Shown here: positions 1 through 10,438 of the stretch, one piece after another
Layout of the letters: each line of letters opens with the position of its first letter
Position numbering within the stretch: position 1 is the stretch's first letter
Assembly (NCBI GenBank): GCA_012719085.1
Contig: JAAYBA010000147.1
Coordinates: 1-40,915 of the forward strand
From: Planctomycetota bacterium
Lineage (GTDB): Bacteria; Planctomycetota; Phycisphaerae; Sedimentisphaerales; Anaerobacaceae
DNA: 40,915 bases
Direction of reading: 5' to 3'
Translations under genes and position numbers: made by a program
Notes under the pieces: generated by a model
Told to the model about the DNA's origin: nothing
Database searches by the model: none
Seen by the model: only the letters and a program-made list of their open reading frames with translations

Positions 1-74
1 CAGCAACACAAGTCACACGCTGCCGTCGCCTCGCCCTGCCACACAAGACACTCCGTCTCGGAGTTGCCAACGTG

Positions 75-103
75 ATTGTAGGGGACATCGGCCCAAAAAG
101 CAA
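75..103 (-). promoter_or_regulatory. Putative sigma70 promoter pointing out of the window's left edge
   Basis: Minus strand TTGCTT-17 nt-TACAAT, with a GGAG motif downstream. Confidence 0.5.
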
Positions 104-230
104 ACGGAATGTGCGCGACGTCGCGCGCCACGCGTCTGTTCTCGCCGCGACGAGACCGCGAACGGCATGTCCTGCGGACACCAGGATACGATCTATCGAC
201 GCCTCGCACCCCGCCGGGCACGACCGTCGG

Positions 231-839
231 TCAATTCAGTTCCGTCAAGTAGATATTTCGGAACCGGAATTGTCCGCCGCCGGGCACCTCGGCCTGAAGC
301 GCAATGAACCCCGTTTCGGGGCCGGTCAGACCGACCGCCTGCCAGGCCGGTCGGCCGTTGATTTCCAGCGACGCCTTCGTACCCTGCACGGTCAGCTTGA
401 AGGCGTTCCATTGTCCGTCGGTGGTCAGCCCCTCGCTTCGGGCCCCCTCCAGGGATGAGACGTTGCCTTCCTGGCCTTTGAGAAGGTTGACCTGATGCTG
501 TGCGGGCCAGGGCTGGCCGGCCGGCACGGACTCGTACCGGAAATAGACCCCACTGTCCCATCTGTCCTGACGAAGGGCCTTCCACTCGAACTCAAGAACG
601 AAGTCACCGTACCGCTTCTGTGTCTGCACGAGCCCGTTGCCGTCGACGAGGAGGATCTCTCCGTCGTCGACGGTCGCCTCGCACTTGAGGACCGTCCAGC
701 CCTCCAGCGTCCCGCCGTCGAACAAGGCAACGCGCTTGCCTTCGGTCGAGTCTTTCTGTGTTCTGAGACAAGCGCAGGAACTGACAAGCGATATGACGAC
801 CAGAACAACCATGCTGTGGAATGCGCGCGACATTTTCAT
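231..839 (-). CDS. DUF1080 / 3-keto-disaccharide hydrolase family protein, secreted or lipoprotein
   Basis: Motifs LFDGGTLEGW, YGDFVLEFEWK, DSGVYFR, GQWN, GFIALQAE, FRFRNIYLTEL; hydrophobic N-terminus with Cys. Start placed at ATG 839 (ORF track begins at 866). Confidence 0.85.
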   Translation of the reverse strand: MKMSRAFHSMVVLVVISLVSSCACLRTQKDSTEGKRVALFDGGTLEGWTVLKCEATVDDGEILLVDGNGLVQTQKRYGDFVLEFEWKALRQDRWDSGVYFRYESVPAGQPWPAQHQVNLLKGQEGNVSSLEGARSEGLTTDGQWNAFKLTVQGTKASLEINGRPAWQAVGLTGPETGFIALQAEVPGGGQFRFRNIYLTELN

Positions 840-908
840 ACAATCTCCCAAATGCTCCAACACCATTGCCCGTCACGACATCGAGGCCTGCACCGATCGC
901 GCGACGTT

Positions 909-1397
909 CTACATGTCCCCTTTGCCCTGGCGCGGCATGGCGATGGTGCCGGTTCGGGCGACGCTCTTGATGCCGTAGGGCTTGCAGACGTTGATGAACG
1001 CGTCGATCTTGGTCTCCGGCCCGCTGACCTCGACCATGATGGACTTGAGGCCGATATCGACGACCCGACCTCGGAACATCTCGATCAATGCGAAGATCTC
1101 CGGACGCTTCTCCGGCGGCGCCGAGACGCCGATCAACATGAGATCGCGGGCGACCACGGGCTGGCCGGCGAAGTCCTGGACCTTGACGACCGGGACGATC
1201 TTGGCCAGTTGCTTTCGCACCTGTTCGAGGACCCTGTCATCGCCGACGACGACGATCGTCATCCGGCTGAGGTCGGGGTCTTCGGTGCGTCCGACGACCA
1301 GCGAATCGATATTGAAGGCGCGTGCGGCGAACATCCCCGCGACGTGGGCCAGAACGCCCGGTTTGTTCTCAACGAGAGCACTGATAATATGTTTCAT
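909..1397 (-). CDS. ilvN: Acetolactate synthase small (regulatory) subunit
   Basis: MKHIISALVENKPGVLAHVAGMFAARAFNIDSL ACT domain, SRMTIVV, VARTG; directly downstream of ilvB. Confidence 0.95.
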   Translation of the reverse strand: MKHIISALVENKPGVLAHVAGMFAARAFNIDSLVVGRTEDPDLSRMTIVVVGDDRVLEQVRKQLAKIVPVVKVQDFAGQPVVARDLMLIGVSAPPEKRPEIFALIEMFRGRVVDIGLKSIMVEVSGPETKIDAFINVCKPYGIKSVARTGTIAMPRQGKGDM

Positions 1398-1424
1398 GGC
1401 AAACCCCGCTTTCTATGCAGTCGG

Positions 1425-3155
<1,731 letters not shown>

Positions 3156-3280
3156 TGCGTTCTCCTTTCGTGATTGGCACGACGCCGGGGTATTCCGTCG
3201 CCGCGACCTTCTCTTCCGGCATTGTAAGCTCTTCGGCAGTGGATCCTGCAGGACCTCTGCTCCAGGCGGACGCCTGAGGT

Positions 3281-5011
3281 CTATATGGCACTCTCGAGCA
3301 TTCGCAGCCCTTCCATTTCGTGGAGGCCTTTGCCCGTCGGCACCATTGGCCAGACATTCTCATGGGCCTCGACGTGAAAATCAACAAGACACGGCTTTTT
3401 CTCGGCGAGCATTCGATCGATTGCCGCCCCGACATCGGCCTTGGCGTCTACGGTGACGCCGACGGCGCCGACCGCTCGCGCGTACGCGGCATAGTCAGGG
3501 TTCTTCACGCGGCTATGGACGTACCGCCGATCGTAGAACAGTTCCTGCCACTGGCGAACCATACCCATAGTGCTGTTGTTGAGGATGCATATCTTGATCG
3601 GAAGCTCGGCCTGGACAGCCGTCGAAAGCTCCGACAGCGTCATGTTGAAGCTGTGGTCGCCGTCGATATCGATGACCGTCGCATCGGGCCGGGCCAATTG
3701 CGCACCGATGGCGGCCGGCAGGCCGAAGCCCATCGTGCCCAACCCGCCCGAGGTAATCAGTTGCCGGCCCCGTCGGAACCTGTAGAACTGGGCGGCCCAC
3801 ATCTGGTGCTGACCGACGCCGGTCGTGACGATGGCATCGCCGTTCGTCCGCCGGCACAGCTCCTCGATGACGTACTGCGGCTTGATCCCTATAGCGCCGC
3901 GGTCAAAACCGAGGGCGCACGCCGTCTTCCACTCTGCGATCTGCGCGAACCACTCGGCCCTTTCACGGCGTCTGACGCGACGCGACAACTTCGCCAAAAC
4001 GGTCTTGGCATCGCCCACAATGGGGATGTCCACACGAACGTTCTTGGCGATGCTGGCCGCATCGATGTCGATGTGAATCACCCGGGCTTTGGGGGCAAAG
4101 CTCCTGAGGTCGCCGGTAACGCGATCGTCGAATCGGGCCCCGACGGCGATCAGCAGATCGCACTCCTGAACGGCGTAGTTGGCGTAGGCGGTCCCGTGCA
4201 TGCCGAGCATATCCAGCGACTCAGGCCGAGTCTGGTCGTAGCTGCCCAGCCCCATCAGCGTCATCGCGACGGGCAGGTGGGCCTTTCGCGCCATCTCACG
4301 CAGTTCACCCGTGGCGTTGCTGCTGACGATTCCCCCGCCGGCCAGCAACACGGGACGCTGGGCGCAATTGATCTCCTCGGCCGCGCGGGCGATCTGGGCC
4401 GCATGGACGTTGGAACGAACGCTGTAACCACGCAAAGAGATCCCAGTGGAACTTTCGGATTGGCACGTGGCGAACTCCAGGTCCACCGGCAGATCGATCA
4501 GAACCGGGCCGGGCCGGCCGGTCGAGGCAATGTGAAAGGCCTCGTGGAGCGTCCTGGCCAGGTCTTCAACACGCTTGACGATGTAGTTGTGCTTCGTGAC
4601 CGGACGCGTGATCCCCACCATCGGGGCTTCCTGGAAGGCGTCGCCGCCGATCAGGTCGGTGCGGACCTGCCCCGTGATGGCGACCAGAGGGACCGAGTCC
4701 ATCATCGCCGTGGCCAGACCCGTAACGAGATTGCACGCGCCGGGACCGCTGGTGGCGATAACAACGCCCGTCTTGCCACTGGCACGGGCGTAGGCGTCGG
4801 CCATGTGGCAGCCCCCCTGCTCGTGGCAGGGCACGATGAAGCGAATGGGCGCCTCGTAGAGACGATCGAAAAGAGGCAGTACCGAGGCGCCGATGTAGCC
4901 GAAGACCGTGTCGACACCGTGCGCAAGTAGTGCATCTACAACGATTTGAGCGCCAGTTTTGCAGCGAGGGCCTGTGGCCGGTCCGGCCGCGGAGGGGTGA
5001 TCCGATGGCAT
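3281..5011 (-). CDS. ilvB: Acetolactate synthase large subunit, tandem paralog
   Basis: Same motif set and same length (576 aa) as the 1425..3155 copy, with variants CHEQ, GYIGAS, QEAPMV, NNSTMG. Confidence 0.9.
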   Translation of the reverse strand: MPSDHPSAAGPATGPRCKTGAQIVVDALLAHGVDTVFGYIGASVLPLFDRLYEAPIRFIVPCHEQGGCHMADAYARASGKTGVVIATSGPGACNLVTGLATAMMDSVPLVAITGQVRTDLIGGDAFQEAPMVGITRPVTKHNYIVKRVEDLARTLHEAFHIASTGRPGPVLIDLPVDLEFATCQSESSTGISLRGYSVRSNVHAAQIARAAEEINCAQRPVLLAGGGIVSSNATGELREMARKAHLPVAMTLMGLGSYDQTRPESLDMLGMHGTAYANYAVQECDLLIAVGARFDDRVTGDLRSFAPKARVIHIDIDAASIAKNVRVDIPIVGDAKTVLAKLSRRVRRRERAEWFAQIAEWKTACALGFDRGAIGIKPQYVIEELCRRTNGDAIVTTGVGQHQMWAAQFYRFRRGRQLITSGGLGTMGFGLPAAIGAQLARPDATVIDIDGDHSFNMTLSELSTAVQAELPIKICILNNSTMGMVRQWQELFYDRRYVHSRVKNPDYAAYARAVGAVGVTVDAKADVGAAIDRMLAEKKPCLVDFHVEAHENVWPMVPTGKGLHEMEGLRMLESAI

Positions 5012-5231
5012 AGCTTCTTCCTTTCCCGATCAACACGTCGGGCTCCTACCGTCAGGGGCCCTTTGGTCATTCCGGCGGATCGCGGCTTTGAGAGCTTGCC
5101 CCGAGGCGACCAACCGCTCTTGCACTGAAGAGCAGCCAGTACACCCGGAGATACATGCTCTTACCACGACCCCGTAACCATCCCAACTTTACAGGGATGC
5201 ACCAGGATCTTGCCCGTGCTCATACACGGAC
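5012..5231 (-). ncRNA. Candidate structured ilvB 5' leader or ncRNA (about 220 nt)
   Basis: Lies between a consensus promoter and the ilvB SD. Nested pairings: UGGUUA/UGACCA, GGGUCGUGGU/GCCGCGAUCC, AGAGC/GCUCU, ACUGGCUGCUCUU/AAGAGCGGUUGGU, plus small hairpins. No known family recognised. Confidence 0.5.
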
Positions 5232-5236
5232 GCTGT

Positions 5237-5265
5237 ATCCTACGAGTATCGGGTCGATTTGTCAA
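5237..5265 (-). promoter_or_regulatory. sigma70 promoter for the ilv operon/leader
   Basis: TTGACA-17 nt-TAGGAT on the minus strand. Confidence 0.7.
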
Positions 5266-5425
5266 GCTCTTTTGTGAAGGCAGGAACGAATTTGGACATC
5301 TTCCCTCACGCGGTCGCAGGAGCGTGGACGATGGTAAAGGCCAAGGATATCGCGGCAGCAGTCGCCCGCCCCCACCATGACAGGAATGACTCGGGGGCTT
5401 TTGGATGGCAACCAGAGCCTTTGGC

Positions 5426-5453
5426 TTGCAGTCCTCAAGCCATATGCTATAAT
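5426..5453 (+). promoter_or_regulatory. sigma70 extended -10 promoter for the ECF sigma operon
   Basis: TTGCAG-16 nt-TATAAT including TGnTATAAT. Confidence 0.65.
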
Positions 5454-5513
5454 AGCTGCCGTGGTTCAGGTTCGTTTGTTCCCGTCACGGCCGTATGGTC
5501 CCGGAGCACGAGA

Positions 5514-6044
5514 GTGATACGATTCGGTCAAGACGACAGCAAAGCAGTTAACGCAGCCGCCACCGTGTTTCGCGAACACGGTGCGTTCATCCGGACCATT
5601 ATCCGTTTTCAGGCCGGCAGCGAGTTTCAGGAAGACGAACTGGCCCAGCAGCTCTTCTTGTCCCTGGTGAACGCCCCCATTCCCGAGGACGTCGAGAACG
5701 TCAGAAGCTACCTCTATCAGGCGATTGCCAACGACGTCATCGATTTAGGTCGGCGAAAGGCACGCCAACGGAAACATTTTCGGAAATTTGCAGAAGAATT
5801 TCGGATTTCCATCCACAAACAGGCACCGGCGGACGCCCTTATGGGCGAAGAAGAAAGTAATGCGGCGTTCGCATGCCTGACCCGACAGTTGAGCAGTAGG
5901 GAGGCGGAAGCTGTCAAGTTGAGGTATCAGGATGATCGCAGCATTCCCGAGATTGCCCGCATCATGGGTGTGGACAGGCGAACGGTGAGCCGCTATCTGA
6001 CCGCCGCATTGAAGCAGTTGAGGAGAATCCTGGCGATTGAATGA
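5514..6044 (+). CDS. ECF (sigma-70 family) RNA polymerase sigma factor
   Basis: Region 2-like DELAQQLFLSL...SYLYQAIANDVID; region 4 LSSREAEAVKLRY...SIPEIARIMGVDRRTVSRYL. GTG start at 5514 chosen from GGAG spacing and promoter position. Confidence 0.9.
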   Translation: MIRFGQDDSKAVNAAATVFREHGAFIRTIIRFQAGSEFQEDELAQQLFLSLVNAPIPEDVENVRSYLYQAIANDVIDLGRRKARQRKHFRKFAEEFRISIHKQAPADALMGEEESNAAFACLTRQLSSREAEAVKLRYQDDRSIPEIARIMGVDRRTVSRYLTAALKQLRRILAIE

Positions 6045-6047
6045 GGG

Positions 6048-7700
6048 ATGAGGATGGTTACATTCGATGGAAGCGAGTTGTGCCACGAAGCGGAGGTGTA
6101 CTATCATGATTATCTCCAGAATCCTGGCGGTCCTTCCGTTCCAGTGTCCGTAAGGCTTCACATCGGCAGTTGTGCCTGGTGCCGGCAGCGCCTCCAGACA
6201 CTTCGAGAGGCCCTCTGCGAGTTGGACGAGCCGGGCGAATCGGTGTTGCCGGAGACGGATTTGCAGCTCATTGCGGAGTTGCAGTCGCATTTCGAGCATC
6301 TCAACGAGCCGCTGGCCTGCACCCGTGTCAAACCGTTCCTTTGCCGTCTTCTGTCGCCATCCGTGAGGATCCGAATTCCCACTCCCGTGACCGTTCACGT
6401 GGATCGGTGCGCCTCGTGTTCGAACGATCTCGACTCGCTCAGGCAACTGTCGCTCGGCGCCGGGCAATTGGCTCGCCTGGGCCGCCTGTACCAGGGAGGC
6501 CTGAACGACGAACTCTGTGCCTGCCTGACAGAGTCCCAGATGGATGCCGCCGCGTCTGCGCGCTTCGAGGATATGACGTCATGCGTCCTCGGCCATTTGT
6601 GCGTCTGCTCGCGTTGCCGTCGGGAGGTATACGAACGCCGCCAGATTCGTCTGGCGCGTCTTGGGTGCGAAACCGCGCAGGCCGGACCGCTCCATTGCGA
6701 AGACATCTCCCCGGCGGAACTGTTCGATTGTGCTGTCCCCTATGGGCTACAGCCGGCGTTCTTTCAGACGGCCGCACAACGCGACCTCCGTGAACACGTT
6801 CGCTCCTGTCCCCAGTGTCTCGAAAGGATGCAGCAGATCCATCGCACCGTCTTTCAAATCGCCGAGCGTGCCGATTCCGACGTGGTCACCGTGTATACGA
6901 CAAACGGCCTGGGTGGAACGACGTTGCAGTACCCCGCGCCGAACTCACATGCAACCTACCCGATCCGTGTGCAGACCGAACGACATCGCCGGGGAATTGC
7001 CGGCCGTCTGATGCATCGGCTGGGCGGACCGACCGTCAGGCCTTTGGTCAGCGCCGCCTTTCTCGTGGCGGCGATGATTCCCCTGACGGTCCTGTTCGTT
7101 GTCAGCGTGCCCTCGGCATCGGGCCTGAGCATCCGCCAGGTCGATCAGATGCTCGGCAGGGTCAAGACGGTGCGCATCTCCGTGTTTCGCGAGGATCAGA
7201 GCGAGCCATTCCGCCGGACGTGGATTTCCCGCGACAGGGGCGTGGTTATCTCGGAGGTGGGATCGGAGAGCCGGATCTACGACTTGGCGAACCGTCGCGC
7301 GACGGTCGTCCGAGCGGGTTCCGAGGCCGTCGAGCATATCAATCTGAACCGATCTGAGACCGAAGCGGTGGAACGCTTCGTGCGTCGCATCCTCGAATCC
7401 TCGCTGCTCAATGATGCGCCGCTGGATGCGGAGCTGACGCGCCGGCCGGCGTCCTCCGGGCCGACACATGCCCGGCTCGATGTATATGAACTGACCTGGG
7501 ATCGTTCCTCCGACCTCCGGGCCCCGCTGCCGGGAAAGCTGAGGATCTACGTCGATCCCATCACGAGACTGCCCCAGCGACATGAGTTGTTCTCATGGGT
7601 CCCCGCCATGAACGACTGGCACGTGCAAACGAGCCTGTATGAGTACCCGCCAGACGACGAGATCGAGGCGTATCGGCGGACACGGCTGGGACTGAAGTAG
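6048..7700 (+). CDS. Putative membrane-anchored anti-sigma factor with four ZAS zinc-finger motifs and an extracytoplasmic domain
   Basis: HIGSCAWC, HVDRCASC, HLCVCSRC, HVRSCPQC; one TM helix (LVSAAFLVAAMIPLTVLFVV); starts 3 nt after the sigma stop. Confidence 0.8.
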   Translation: MRMVTFDGSELCHEAEVYYHDYLQNPGGPSVPVSVRLHIGSCAWCRQRLQTLREALCELDEPGESVLPETDLQLIAELQSHFEHLNEPLACTRVKPFLCRLLSPSVRIRIPTPVTVHVDRCASCSNDLDSLRQLSLGAGQLARLGRLYQGGLNDELCACLTESQMDAAASARFEDMTSCVLGHLCVCSRCRREVYERRQIRLARLGCETAQAGPLHCEDISPAELFDCAVPYGLQPAFFQTAAQRDLREHVRSCPQCLERMQQIHRTVFQIAERADSDVVTVYTTNGLGGTTLQYPAPNSHATYPIRVQTERHRRGIAGRLMHRLGGPTVRPLVSAAFLVAAMIPLTVLFVVSVPSASGLSIRQVDQMLGRVKTVRISVFREDQSEPFRRTWISRDRGVVISEVGSESRIYDLANRRATVVRAGSEAVEHINLNRSETEAVERFVRRILESSLLNDAPLDAELTRRPASSGPTHARLDVYELTWDRSSDLRAPLPGKLRIYVDPITRLPQRHELFSWVPAMNDWHVQTSLYEYPPDDEIEAYRRTRLGLK

Positions 7701-7707
7701 GCCGATT

Positions 7708-8574
7708 CTATCGCGGCTCCCACAGAGGCGTCCGATTGTGGTATATCGGCTCGTCTGATTCGCTCACCATTTCCACGCATAGGGCTTCCGCCTTCATGCG
7801 ATCGACGTGCCCATCGGCGAATCCGACGTTGACGGTCTTGTTCGGGTGCCGGCCACCGATGGCGTCATCGATCTGTCCGGACAGCAGTTCCTTCTCTTTG
7901 TTGATCGCAAGGCCGGGGATGTACGCCGTCCCCAGCGCCAAGGGGCCCAAGTAGCGATGGGGAGGCTGGAGCATCGCATCCCACCAGCAGACGAGGGCAT
8001 AGCCGCTGTCCACGAGCAGGACCGTCGCTCCCGGATGACGGATCGTGCTCGTGGACAACGGGGGCCCCGGAAACTCCCGCTTGTAGGGACTCCTGTCGGC
8101 GGCGCTTCGACACAAGGACCGGTTGACGCCGTAGTTGCCGTAGAGGACGCTCCGCGACAACCCCGGTGTTTCAATACGCCGTGAAGGACACTCCAGTATC
8201 TTCCTGTCGCGCGAGGACGGGTGGCGAACGGCGCCGATGAAGTCCGGCCAGTACCAACCCGGCAGATCGTAACTCGCATCGCCGAGGTAGCCGCTCGGCG
8301 GACTCGAACGCATCGCCCATATACCATAGGGCAACGTCTGGTGCTCCGCTTCATATTGATGGAACTGGATCGCCAGGTCACGAATATGGGCCTGGCAGAC
8401 CATCGCTCTGGCCTGTTCGCGCGCGCTGTGCAGCGCCGGGAGCAGCATCGCCGACAGCAATGTGATAACAGCAATCACAACGATCAGCTCGACGAGCGTG
8501 AAACCTCTGAGTCTCATGGTCCGCATTGTAGGCTCAGCCGCCTCTGCGTCAATCGGTGTTCGCGGTGGTGCCAT
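7708..8574 (-). CDS. DUF1559 prepilin-type N-terminal cleavage/methylation protein with H-X9-DG C-terminus
   Basis: RGFTLVELIVVIAVITLLSAMLLPALHSAREQARAMVCQAH; RHPNKTVNVGFADGHV. True start may be ATG 8526 or 8517. Confidence 0.9.
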   Translation of the reverse strand: MAPPRTPIDAEAAEPTMRTMRLRGFTLVELIVVIAVITLLSAMLLPALHSAREQARAMVCQAHIRDLAIQFHQYEAEHQTLPYGIWAMRSSPPSGYLGDASYDLPGWYWPDFIGAVRHPSSRDRKILECPSRRIETPGLSRSVLYGNYGVNRSLCRSAADRSPYKREFPGPPLSTSTIRHPGATVLLVDSGYALVCWWDAMLQPPHRYLGPLALGTAYIPGLAINKEKELLSGQIDDAIGGRHPNKTVNVGFADGHVDRMKAEALCVEMVSESDEPIYHNRTPLWEPR

Positions 8575-8635
8575 CGGGCGTCATCCGTCCCCAGCCCCAC
8601 GAATACACCAAACACTGGCTTCCGGCTCATCCCGC

Positions 8636-10438
8636 TTAACGGCATGCACTCATGGCGTACCAGTCCCATACGCCGGTCACCCGACATCGTATGGCAAGCG
8701 GGTCCCAGTAGCAGTCCGATCCGGCCATTCGGGCGTACAGATCGGTCACACAGGTCCCGTCGGGAGCGGGCTCGCAACCCCAGCGTTCGAAATACCATTG
8801 GAAGTAGCCGAAGCAGCCCCACCCGTCGGGGGTATCGGTACAGAAGATGATCCATTCATCCTGCAACAACAGCGTGCAGCTCCAGCCGTCGCCGCCGGCG
8901 ATACGACGAAGAGCGCTCTCGGGCACGTCCGTGAACGGCCCTTCGATAGGCTCACTGGACAGCAGCAAAGCGACCCCCTCCGACCAGTCCATCGCCATGA
9001 AGCCTTTGTCCTTGCGACAGTAGAATCTGTCGTTGGCCAGGTCAACGATCCAGGCATAGCGATCGTCGACGCGATCGAGCACCACGAAATGCTCCTGTCC
9101 CGGCAGATGCAGAATCGCCTGGCAACCGGACAAGGCCTCCAGGGTAGCGAGATTCGTCTGCACAACACGGCAATGCAGACCGAGACTCTGGGCGCCTCGT
9201 TTCAGGTCGTGCATCGTCGTTCGTCCATCCGCCCCAATGACCTGTGTCAACCTCGCCGCGGGTGCGACCGTGCCCAACTGCGTTGCGGCGTACTGCAGCG
9301 AAGCGGTGGCGCAGTTCCAGGACCGCTTGCCCTGCTCGGCCACATAGGCCAGCCGCTCGGCCAGCAGCAGATCCATATCGACCGCATTGGAATGATGATA
9401 CACCAGGGCCCTGGCGGACATCGCCGAGTAATACTCAATTGACGTATTGGCGCCGAATGCCACGCTAAACCTCTCGGCGCCCGGAACGCCTGTGTCAACC
9501 GCACTGTAATCCCATCGATCCGAGCGCAGCAACCGATTCGTGAAGGCATCGTACTGTTCGATAAGGACCGTGGTGGGCACCCAGAGGCCCCCTACACGGC
9601 GGTATCCCGAGCAATAGGTGGACATCACCGTGTTGTTGCCCCCGGGCAACGTATAAGCGGCTGCCGCCAGATCCTTCGCAGGGTCCAGCAAGAACGTCAT
9701 CTCCGAACTGCCGGCAGGCTCGACAGTCAGCTCGATCTGAGTGGTCCCGTCGCGAGCAATCTCGGTGGCCGAGACCTTCGCGGCGACCAGGTTCGTATAC
9801 GACAGCAGGCCCCGGCCCCAGGGAATGACGCCCGCTGTCAACGGCCCGCTTACCGCCCGGGGCAACCGGTCGCTCGTATCCACGATGGCACCGCCGGCCG
9901 AAACCGAATAGATCGTGTACTTCTGCCCGTCCCATGCGAAGACTCGGCGATCGTTCCAAGTCCTGCTGAAGAAGTTGACCATGCAGTTGCCCACCAGATC
10001 GGCCGACGGCGTAACGGAGTCGCTTCGCGACGAGATCGCGACCTCCCAGTAAAACCTTGTGCCATCGTATCTTAGCACAACCGACGAGGTCATGCTCGAC
10101 TCGTTGGCCAGCTCGTAACGCACGTTGAACGGGATCGCGTCCAGGTACATCTTCTGCAGTTCAGCCGTCCGCTCTGACTTGTCGGTTTTGCTCTGATACT
10201 CGCGAATCTCCTGCTCGATCCTCTCGGAGATCGCCGAACCATCGGTAATCCTGGCGGCTCTGTACTGCTGGTGTTTGGCTTCGATAGTGCCGGCTGGAAT
10301 CCAGGTCTCTCGGCCCGCGCTCGTGAGCTTCTCGATGATCTCGAGCACCTCGGCCCTGTCCATGGCTCTCTGCGCGCTGGCCGGAGCGACAATGCACACG
10401 GCCAGCAACGCGACCGCTGCTGCTTTGCTTACCTTCAT
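8636..10438 (-). CDS. Secreted protein: large N-terminal domain + peptidase C39-like domain + double-glycine motif + Cys-rich C-terminal peptide
   Basis: AGGAGG SD; signal peptide MKVSKAAAVALLAVCIVAPASA; WNCATASL (C376), EHFVVLD (H450), WIVDLA (D466), WSEGVALL; ESALRRIAGG then 84 aa with 8 Cys. Confidence 0.85.
   Translation of the reverse strand: MKVSKAAAVALLAVCIVAPASAQRAMDRAEVLEIIEKLTSAGRETWIPAGTIEAKHQQYRAARITDGSAISERIEQEIREYQSKTDKSERTAELQKMYLDAIPFNVRYELANESSMTSSVVLRYDGTRFYWEVAISSRSDSVTPSADLVGNCMVNFFSRTWNDRRVFAWDGQKYTIYSVSAGGAIVDTSDRLPRAVSGPLTAGVIPWGRGLLSYTNLVAAKVSATEIARDGTTQIELTVEPAGSSEMTFLLDPAKDLAAAAYTLPGGNNTVMSTYCSGYRRVGGLWVPTTVLIEQYDAFTNRLLRSDRWDYSAVDTGVPGAERFSVAFGANTSIEYYSAMSARALVYHHSNAVDMDLLLAERLAYVAEQGKRSWNCATASLQYAATQLGTVAPAARLTQVIGADGRTTMHDLKRGAQSLGLHCRVVQTNLATLEALSGCQAILHLPGQEHFVVLDRVDDRYAWIVDLANDRFYCRKDKGFMAMDWSEGVALLLSSEPIEGPFTDVPESALRRIAGGDGWSCTLLLQDEWIIFCTDTPDGWGCFGYFQWYFERWGCEPAPDGTCVTDLYARMAGSDCYWDPLAIRCRVTGVWDWYAMSACR

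Noticed and set aside
5012-5231. T-box, ppGpp/ykkC, glycine, fluoride or TPP riboswitch assignment
   Set aside because: Diagnostic cores (UGGNACC, AGGGUUCCG, CUCUCAGG, CUGAUG, CUGAGA) not found
5259-5513. N-terminal extension of the sigma factor in the ORF track
   Set aside because: Spans the predicted promoter; GTG 5514 with SD fits better
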